Below are positions 1-8,188 of a DNA stretch of 64,000 nucleotides, in pieces. Where the stretch lies: the NCBI RefSeq assembly GCF_009914755.1, contig NC_060938.1. One strand, written 5' to 3'. Numbering within the stretch: position 1 is the stretch's first letter; each line of letters starts with the position of its first letter. The DNA comes from the human T2T-CHM13v2.0 reference genome, Homo sapiens. A program made the position numbers and the translations under genes. Under the pieces are notes generated by a model. The model worked only from the letters and a program-made list of their open reading frames with translations, searched no databases and had not been told where the DNA came from.

Positions 1-330
1 AACTTTGTAAACTTGCCTCCATTGCTTTCTGGTGTTAAACCATTGCTGTGGACAAGCCTGGGGACAGCTGCTTTCCCTTGGATGGATGAACTTTTTTTTT
101 TTCCTGCTTAGATTTCCTGATTCTTTCTTTAGTCTTGAACGTTGGTGACTTTACCGGGTTATGACTCAGTCACTATTTTTATTCATTAGTTTTTCTGAAT
201 CATAGTATGCCTTCTTGATGAGTAGATTTAATCGTTCCTTTGTTTCAAGGATTTATTCATTTTATGAGCACTTTTCTACTCCAGGTGTTGGTTTTTTCTT
301 TGGTGAAATAATCTGTTTTGTTCATTTCAT
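1..330 (-). mobile_element. Ancient L1M/HAL1-like LINE fragment
   Basis: T-rich sequence (ctccattgctttctggtg...ttgctgtggacaagcctg...tctttctttagtcttgaacgttgg) resembling the reverse strand of old L1/HAL1 ORF1-region consensus; highly diverged, boundaries approximate. Confidence 0.5.
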
Positions 331-1140
331 TGTGTACTGGAGGAGAAGAAAGTCTGTCATCTGGCCCCTTGCTGCCATCTGTCTGCACGTCAGTCTGTTG
401 TCATTTGCACTGTGCATTTGTCTATTTAAAACAATCCTACCCAGATGCCCCCTCCTCAGTGTCACCTTCCACCCTGGCAGGATGCCTTATGGCAATGCCA
501 CTTCTGAGATGGTCGTGGGAGTCAGCACCACTGGCCAGGTATGTGAATTTTCTGCTAACAATGGAAGAGTTTGAAAAACCATATATGAAGTACCATTAAC
601 CCCAAGCATGCAATCTATCCTTAGGAAGACTTCCTGGAAATTATGCTCACCTTTGGGGATGAGGCCATGATTCTGAGGTCAGTGCCATGCCATGGTCTAA
701 TAAAGTTTGCATTCAATGCTGTTTGTTTCTGTATGATCAATATTGTAAAGTCAGTCTCTTTGTCATGGACTCAGCTTTGGAGGGTTCCTGGACACAAGGC
801 CTGTGTAAGGAAAGGATCATTACTGTCAGCCTCGATGCTAATGTGAGATGAGGGAATGTGCCCTGCTCTGATCCAAATGCTGAGTTTCTGTGCACTTGGC
901 CTCTCCACCATCAGGTTCCCTGGCAGTGCTCCTTTAGACATGCACCCACCTTGGCAAAGACATTGAGGTCTGGATGGCTGCAGGGTCCGGGATGGAATGG
1001 TTGAATACAGGGCGTGTGCTTTCTTCTCAACCCTCTTGCAGTCCGTCTGCTAACCGTCAATGTTCACTGTCTCCTAGGGGGACTTCCTGGAGGAGGCCAA
1101 CTTTGGAGAACAGGCATTGACATTGGGTCTGCGCTAGCGT

Positions 1141-1224
1141 GTGGTACTTGAAGATAGGTTATCCGTGTTGCCTTCGCTTTATTTGTGACGAATCATACAC
1201 GGTTGACCTATTTTTCAGTACCAA
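1141..1224 (+). ncRNA. MIR154: pre-miR-154
   Basis: Hairpin with 5p TAGGTTATCCGTGTTGCCTTCG (1155-1176) and 3p AATCATACACGGTTGACCTATT (1191-1212), matching recalled mature sequences; family loop TTCGCTTTATTTGTGACGAAT. Confidence 0.97.
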
Positions 1225-1430
1225 ATCCCGCCTTGGAGGGCTTCCTGGAGCGGAGTCTTACTTCAGGGTGTCAGCTCCTCTCCAGGGTAAGGAAGGGGAC
1301 CATTGACCATAGCCGACCCAGCAGTGTGCCCTGGCCCTAACCCTGTGTGTGCCCCGTCCTTGGGGAGGTTTCTAGAGATGGTGCCACCTTTGGGGAAGAA
1401 GTGGAGCTTTTCCTATCAGAGCTACTCTGT

Positions 1431-1510
1431 GGTACTGGTGGAGAGGTCTTCCATGATGCATTCGATTTATTTTTTGACCAATCCTACATAGTGGACTCTT
1501 TTGAAAGCAT
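1431..1510 (+). pseudogene. Degenerate miR-154-family hairpin (miR-154b-like)
   Basis: GGTACT start, 5' arm AGAGGTCTTCCATGATGCATTCG (1442-1464), loop ATTTATTTTTTGACC, 3' arm AATCCTACATAGTGGACTCTTTT (1480-1502), then the AAATC..CCTT spacer motif; colinear with MIR154. Confidence 0.75.
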
Positions 1511-1958
1511 TAAATCTAGCCTTAAAGCACCCTCGGGTGGTGCCGAGTTTAGGAACTAGAACTGGTGTCTGAATGCCTGAACGCACGGCGAAGCTGACAG
1601 TGTGCACACTCTTCTTGGTGGGTCGTGCACCTGCAGGCGTCCTGCTTGCTTACCATGGCAGTTTCCTCGAAAGAGGCGGCAGTTCCCTCATCGGCTCACT
1701 GCATGTTTGACAAGACACCGTCTTGCTGTCTTCCCTGCTGCCCTCTCTTCATGTATCACAGATGGTGCTCTGCAGAGCTCTCTGCTGTGGCACTTCCCTC
1801 CCTGAATGGCTTCCTGCAAGAGGTGCTAATTGCAAGTAAGGGATGGAGTGCGGCCCGGACCGCAGAGCTTATTTCGTGGGTGGTGTGTTGCCACCTTCCT
1901 GACTCTCAGTATCCCGTCCGTCCTCAGGCCTGCTGCTGGGACGCGCTGGAAGCGAGCA

Positions 1959-2060
1959 CCCAAGTCAGGTACTCGAATGGAGGTTGTCCATGGTGTGTTC
2001 ATTTTATTTATGATGAGTATTACATGGCCAATCTCCTTTCGGTACTCAATTCTTCTTGGG
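1959..2060 (+). ncRNA. MIR496: pre-miR-496
   Basis: Hairpin with mature 3p TGAGTATTACATGGCCAATCTC (2014-2035). Confidence 0.96.
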
Positions 2061-2559
2061 AAACGTCACGAGGGGAAAGCCCAGCCGGCACCTGCGCAGG
2101 GTAAGGAAGTGGATCACCTCCGCATGACAGGTGCTCTCTGTGTGACTTACATCACTTGGCTCATATCCCGGCCATCATTAGGAGGAATTCCCCGAAATGA
2201 TGCTGACGTTTTAGTTGACATGGTGGTCTTCTAGTCGCATCCTTGAAGACTCGTCAGTGAATAAACCACATTTAGTCAACCTTTTTAGGTGTGAAATCAT
2301 CTTGGCTGTGTGGCACACTTTAGGGAAAGGAACTCCTGGCTGAATGGAAGACATCCACATTACGCCCTCAAATACCTTATCTTCTGGGTGACCTCTGGGA
2401 AGCAAGGGGTGAAGGGGGTTTCCTCAGCAGTGAGAATTAATGTTGTTTAAAGACACATTTCCATGGCACGACTCGGTTATTCCTACTGCAAGACGAGAAT
2501 TGTTAATAGCATTTATTACTACCTTATGTTGCCAGCTGTGTGCCCTTGGAAAATCCCTT

Positions 2560-2840
2560 CACCTATCAGCTCTCTGGGCCTCAGTCTCTTCCTCTGTAAA
2601 GCAGGGTTAACAGCGGAGTGGAAACGTGCTCTTTGTGAAGTGTCTAGACAGCGTCTGGCACGTGGCTGTAGGATAAGCATTGTTTCTGAGGATGGTCATT
2701 ATATGAATGTTATGTCATCTGCACTCATTGTCCTCTCGCCACTAGAATGGAAGCTCCCTGAGGGCAGAGTCCTTGTCTGTTTTGCCTGGTGCTGTGTCGC
2801 CAGATGTGCACAGTAGGTGTGATGCTGAATGAATGAATAG
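2560..2840. mobile_element. MIR fragment followed by L2 3' end
   Basis: MIR core (tctctgggcctcagtctcttcctctgtaaa) then L2 terminus (ccactagaatggaagctccctgagggcagag...gctgaatgaatgaat). Confidence 0.6.
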
Positions 2841-3435
2841 GCAGCGTGACCTGTTTTCTTGGTTGAACTCTCTTTGAGGCCTCCTGGAATGGAGTGCATG
2901 GAGTACAGTCACCTGAGCCTGTGCTGTCCCTGTGACGCAGCCCCACCCACCCTCTGAGGATGCTGCGCTGGACGAGGAGTCGCCAGCCTTCAGGTCGGGT
3001 CCTCCCTCAAACCCCTGTAGGCTGGACTGAACACGGTCACATGGTTCATTGGCAGCCCCCTTCTCTGTGTGAAATCCTGCTTCAGAGACTTCCAGAGGAG
3101 ATACCGGCTCTGGAGGTGGACCTTGGTGTTCCAGCCCCTCTAGGGTAGGTGACCAGGGTCTGACTCTAGCTCGGGCTGACCTGTGATGTGTGTGTGCATA
3201 GCCTCGCCCCCACTGCCTGCTCCAGGGCTACAGAAGCTGGTCCATGACCAACCATGTTCTGACCACTGCCTGGGGGGCTTCTCGGAGGTAGAGAGAGAGA
3301 GAGAGCAAGAGGGGAGAGAGCGAGCCAGCAAGCCAGCGAGCCTGCAGCTGGAGTCAGCAGGGAGGTCCCGCAGGCAATGCCGCCTTTGGTGAAGAGGCAT
3401 CTCGGTGTGTTCTTGCCCGTGCTGATGTTTGACCC

Positions 3436-3504
3436 TTGAGCAGAGGTTGCCCTTGGTGAATTCGCTTTATTTATGTTGAATCACACAAAGGCAACTTTTG
3501 TTTG
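3436..3504 (+). ncRNA. MIR377: pre-miR-377
   Basis: 5p AGAGGTTGCCCTTGGTGAATTC (3442-3463), 3p ATCACACAAAGGCAACTTTTGT (3480-3501). Confidence 0.97.
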
Positions 3505-4831
3505 AGTATCAAATCCTGCTTGGGATGGCTTCCGGGACCCAGTGGCAAGCTCAGGGGCATCTACACCCCTCCCGTGAGCAAGAATGGACGGGGTAGACGT
3601 GGGTGGTCTGCCCTCTGCGGTCCTCTGCGGTGGATGAGAACAGATGTCGCTCAGAGAACACAAGCTTCATTCATGATGGGGGCGGGGCTCGCGGCCCGGG
3701 GAGGATGGCGTTGGTGTCGCGTCGGCTTTAGCTCTTACCCTGGACCCTGTCTCTTTACATCACCATTTTGGCTGTGTTGATCCCAAAGACATTTTGACTC
3801 CACCATTTTTTTTTCGGAAGGTATTTGACCTCGCGGATACACAAAGAGCTCACACTTGGCAGGGTCTGTGACGAGTCTGCAGCCCCAGACCCCCATCTAG
3901 CTCACAAGCACTGTGCTTCTTTCTGCACCTTTCCTTGTCTCTATCTTTCTCTTTCTATCCCCCAACCAAACATTGTTCCCAATTTTCTCCTGGGTTATGA
4001 AACAAATAGAGGCTATCAGTATCTCATCCCATTTGTATTAAATAATACTGATAGAAATAATCAACACAAAATAAAACTAAAAACAGCTGAAACGGCACAG
4101 TGCTAAATGTGTTCAGTTGACTACAAATTGGCAGAGGAATCCAATTTTCTTGACAACATTTCAGCTGTGACATTTGACCTGGGGAAATAGAAAGCTGCCG
4201 ACGTGGCAGCCATGGAAGGAAATTCACGGTGGCGGCGGTGATAAACAGTGATATTTGATGTAGACAAGAACACATTGAGGAATCAAATCTTCATGCAGAT
4301 TTTTAAATGGAAAAAAATTGATCCTAATGAAAATGATTTGGGGAAAATAACAAGGGAAATAAAAGAAATGAAAACAGCTCAACAGCGCGGTCAGGAAAGC
4401 TAAACAGGGAATTGGATTAGTATAATGGCATTGGCTCTGAAAAACACGTTTCTATGAATATCAATGTTGGTACAATTCTTGTGAAGATGGTTACATTTGT
4501 GCGTGTTTACAGTGGAGTTGGTGGGGTCAGTAGGAACCTAGGGTCAAAAAATGGGATACAGTCTCCCCCTTTATGCAGTTGATCTTTTCTTGCTGCCCCA
4601 AACCTTCCCGAGAGCTTCCCGGAAAGGTGTGCTGACTTCAGGCGTGACACACTGGTAAGGCGTCCTCCCGGGGATCTGGGTGCATGTTGTCCCCAGAGCA
4701 TTCATACGTAAGTGACAGGCATCACCTGGTCTCCCTCCATCCCCACGGAGGGTTCTGGGTGAGACGCTGACTCCGGAGGGAAGCAGAAGTTCTACGGTCA
4801 GTGGGGTCTGGTCTTTCAGGACAGTTGCTTC

Positions 4832-5265
4832 TGTGAACTCAGAAAATCTGAGACAGCTCTTAGTTAATTTAGAAAGTTTATTTTGACAAGGTTGAGGATA
4901 CACCCGTAACACAGCTTCAGGAAGTACTGTGGTCAAGGCACAGCTTGGCTTTATACATTTTAGGGAGACATGAGACATCATTCAGCACATGTAAGAAGTA
5001 CATTGGTTTTGTCTGCAAAGGTGGGACAACTTGAAGCGAAGGCAGGAAGGAGGGAGCTTCCAGGTCACAGACAGGTGATACACAAATGATTACATTCTTT
5101 CGCGTTTCTCATGAGCCTTTCCAAAGGAGGCAAATCAGATACGCATCTGTCTCAGTGAGCAGAGGGATGACTTTGAATGGAATGAGAGGCAGGTTTATCC
5201 TGAGCAGCTTCCAGCTTGAGTTTTCCTTAGTGATTTTAGGGGCCCGCGATAACTTTCCTTTCACA
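4832..5265 (-). mobile_element. Solo ERV1 LTR, MER4A/MER4A1-like
   Basis: TGTGAA...TTCACA termini; 4-bp target-site duplication CTTC (4828-4831, 5266-5269); reverse complement matches recalled MER4A1 consensus. Confidence 0.85.
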
Positions 5266-5881
5266 CTTCCAAGGCTATTGATGAACACACAGGCATCCAG
5301 GAACATTCTGGGGTTCAGTCCTTCCTCAGACTCTGCTGTTGATACCTTACATGGTTCCATGCTGGCCCCAAGGACGTGCCCTTCGTTGGTGCCGAATGTC
5401 ATTTGGTCATAGAGGCTGAAAGTCATTCTGGAGTTGATGTTTCCAAGGTCAAAAACCTTGCTGGGGCTGTGGAAAGAGCTCGTTGTTTGCTGGCCTGCTT
5501 TGTTGGTGACCAGCATTGCACATGGCTTTCTTTTCAGATCAAACCCTACCTGGAGAATTTCCAGAAGCAACAGCACCCTCAGGAGGCGGCCTGCAGCCGG
5601 AGCCCTCTCCAGGGCAGGTGCCTGAGGGCCGCCCATGGGACAGGCCCGATTGTACCCACGGTGCATGTCATCTGTTCCACTCCTGCTGACTCCGGTGCGT
5701 TCCGGGACCACCTTGGGAGGTGATGCCTGCCCCAGGAAGGAGGCTCTGATGCAGGTCAGTGCCCATGGCTCCTGAAGGGAAGTCGTCTGTGACATCTTTT
5801 CTTTCTTTACAGCAGGCCTCGCATGGCTGGCCTCTTGCTCCACTTGTAGCAAGGCGCAGAGGGCTCTCTGAGCTCATGCCA

Positions 5882-5965
5882 ACGTCAGGGAAAGGATTCT
5901 GCTGTCGGTCCCACTCCAAAGTTCACAGAATGGGTGGTGGGCACAGAATCTGGACTCTGCTTGTG
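5882..5965 (+). ncRNA. MIR541: pre-miR-541
   Basis: 5p AAAGGATTCTGCTGTCGGTCCCACT (5891-5915), 3p TGGTGGGCACAGAATCTGGACT (5935-5956). Confidence 0.96.
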
Positions 5966-6686
5966 GCATCCATCGTCTGGCCCGATGCTTGCTGGCTGCC
6001 CGCTCCAGGAGGCACCTTCTGGGTGTTCTCTGAGTCTGGGGAAGGTTGGGTTCTGAGGTCAGGGCTGCCCTGACCCTTGTGAAGAGAAGACATCTGTGAC
6101 TCACCTGCTTTCTTCTGCTGCATTTATCCCCCCAGTCCCTTATTTTGAATGTCTCACTTGCTTTATGAGGCTAATCAGATGGTCAGCCAGCTGTTGATAA
6201 CTGTGAAGTTACTCTTTGAGGGATCCTGGGGTGATGCCTCTGTGGGCTGGAGATGGTGCTGGTGAGACCGCAGGTCTGGGGTCAGCGTTGTGCCCCGTTG
6301 AGCTCCCGCCAAAGGAATCCTCTGCTGGGAGGGAGGCTCTGTGCTTGTGCAGGGGTCCCTACAGGGTCACCCCCTCTCAGGGTCTGGGAATGAAAAGCGG
6401 GTGCGAGCAGGGTTTCATTTTCATCTTTAGCAAGGTGCCCAAGGAAGGTTGCCGTCTTTTCAGTATAAGATCCTACCTGGGTCTTGCACTCAACTTCTGG
6501 GAAGAGTCTCTAGATTCATTCTGGAAGGGGTTGGAATCGTTGGACTTGGTGATTGGGAACGTCCTTGGAGAGTGTGAGGCTCTGGGCTCTGAATGCCCAG
6601 ACCTTGTGCTGCCCTTGGGGGAGGGTCTTCTGCAAGCACAGCCGCCTGCAAGCATTCACCTTAGTCCGAGCATCTGAGCCTCTCCA

Positions 6687-6765
6687 TGGTACTCGGGGAG
6701 AGGTTACCCGAGCAACTTTGCATCTGGACGACGAATGTTGCTCGGTGAACCCCTTTTCGGTATCA
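6687..6765 (+). ncRNA. MIR409: pre-miR-409
   Basis: 5p AGGTTACCCGAGCAACTTTGCAT (6701-6723), 3p GAATGTTGCTCGGTGAACCCCT (6733-6754). Confidence 0.97.
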
Positions 6766-6833
6766 AATTCCACCAGGGAGGCCGTCTTGGAGGCTGGGGC
6801 ACCTCGGGGAAGGACGCCGGCATCAGCACCATT

Positions 6834-6924
6834 CTGGGGTACGGGGATGGATGGTCGACCAGTTGGAAAGTAATTGTTTCTAATGTACTTCACCTGGTCC
6901 ACTAGCCGTCCGTATCCGCTGCAG
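6834..6924 (+). ncRNA. MIR412: pre-miR-412
   Basis: 5p TGGTCGACCAGTTGGAAAGTAAT (6852-6874), 3p ACTTCACCTGGTCCACTAGCCGT (6887-6909). Confidence 0.96.
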
Positions 6925-6984
6925 CCTGTGGGGCCTGCGGGCCGGGGAGCCGATCGCGCTTCAGCTCAGCGCCTTTCCTGGTAC

Positions 6985-7054
6985 TTGAAGGGAGATCGAC
7001 CGTGTTATATTCGCTTTATTGACTTCGAATAATACATGGTTGATCTTTTCTCAG
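6985..7054 (+). ncRNA. MIR369: pre-miR-369
   Basis: 5p AGATCGACCGTGTTATATTCGC (6993-7014), 3p AATAATACATGGTTGATCTTT (7028-7048). Confidence 0.97.
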
Positions 7055-7298
7055 TATCAAATCTCACCTTGGAGGACCCGTTGGAGATGAAGCCCTTTTG
7101 AGGGTAGGAGCAGGACGGGTGCTTTGGAGTCGCTGCCTCAGTGGGGCCTGGTCACCGAGAGTGGGCCGGGCAGGGGTCTCTTTCCTGTCTCTGTGTCTTC
7201 TCACCTTTGATGTCCCATCCGTCCTCAGGACTGCTTCCCGGGGGCAGCGCTGGCACCACGGGACGCGGCAGCCACGTTCTTGAGCCGATGGCACTCTG

Positions 7299-7378
7299 GG
7301 TACCTGAGAAGAGGTTGTCTGTGATGAGTTCGCTTTTATTAATGACGAATATAACACAGATGGCCTGTTTTCAGTACC
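7299..7378 (+). ncRNA. MIR410: pre-miR-410
   Basis: 3p AATATAACACAGATGGCCTGT (7348-7368); family loop TTCGCTTTTATTAATGACG. Confidence 0.97.
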
Positions 7379-7819
7379 GCTACCGCCCGGTGGTGTGCGG
7401 GCGCCACGCCTGAGGCGGGACTTTCCAGGGTACGTGAATGCATGGGCTGGTGTGACATTTGTCATCCTTTCCCCTGACCCCCGCCATTGAATCATTTTGG
7501 GAGAGCTTTCGGGGGGCCATGTGGACTTTGGGGAAGATGCTAGGGTTGTGCACTGTGGTGGGGGGCGGTCATGAAGCTGATGAGCAATGGTGACGGGGCT
7601 CAGTCTGTTTTTCATGGCCAGTGTCATCGAGGCAGAGGACACGGGGGAGCTAGTCCCGCTGGAAGGCATCCTGCTGGAAGGCCACCCACCCCTCGCCAGG
7701 ATGTTGGGGGCGGCTGCATGCATTCCCTGCACCTGGGCTGCCTTCTGCTCATCTCAGTGCTGTGAGACCCTGGGTGGGAGCTGGTGCCTTGGGTGGCCGT
7801 GAGCGTGTGCTGCTCCTTG

Positions 7820-7900
7820 TGGTGCCTGAGGAGAGGTGGCCTGTGTTGCATTCACAGAAATCATGACACACAAGACACGAGCGGCCTCTCTTCAGTATCA
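7820..7900 (+). ncRNA. Candidate or degenerate miR-323-like hairpin between MIR410 and MIR656
   Basis: Well-paired lower stem CTGAGGAGAGGT/GCCTCTCTTCAG; 3' arm CACAAGACACGAGCGGCCTCT (7869-7889) is 16/21 identical to recalled miR-323a-3p; followed by GATCCCACCT spacer motif. Expression unknown. Confidence 0.6.
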
Positions 7901-8110
7901 GATCCCACCTGCATGATTCCTGCACCTGCTGATGTCGGGGAGGTCCGGTTGCGCGCCCTGTGGGCCCCCAGAGGCATGGCTGGTGGCCGAGCACGCGCTT
8001 GACTTCCACCTGCAGCCCTGTGCTGGCCTCCATCCTGGAGGCGGGTGGGTGGCAGGGCCCTTCCCTGTGGAAGAAGCCTCCTCCCTGGAGTCAGTGCTGC
8101 TCAGTGGTAC

Positions 8111-8188
8111 CTGAAATAGGTTGCCTGTGAGGTGTTCACTTTCTATATGATGAATATTATACAGTCAACCTCTTTCCGATATCGAATC
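8111..8188 (+). ncRNA. MIR656: pre-miR-656 (last annotated miRNA of the cluster)
   Basis: 3p AATATTATACAGTCAACCTCT (8153-8173). Confidence 0.96.

Noticed and set aside
976-1043. Stem-loop upstream of MIR154 (GGCTGCAGGG/TCTTGCAGTC)
   Set aside because: Large asymmetric bulge and no family loop or base motif; too weak to call.
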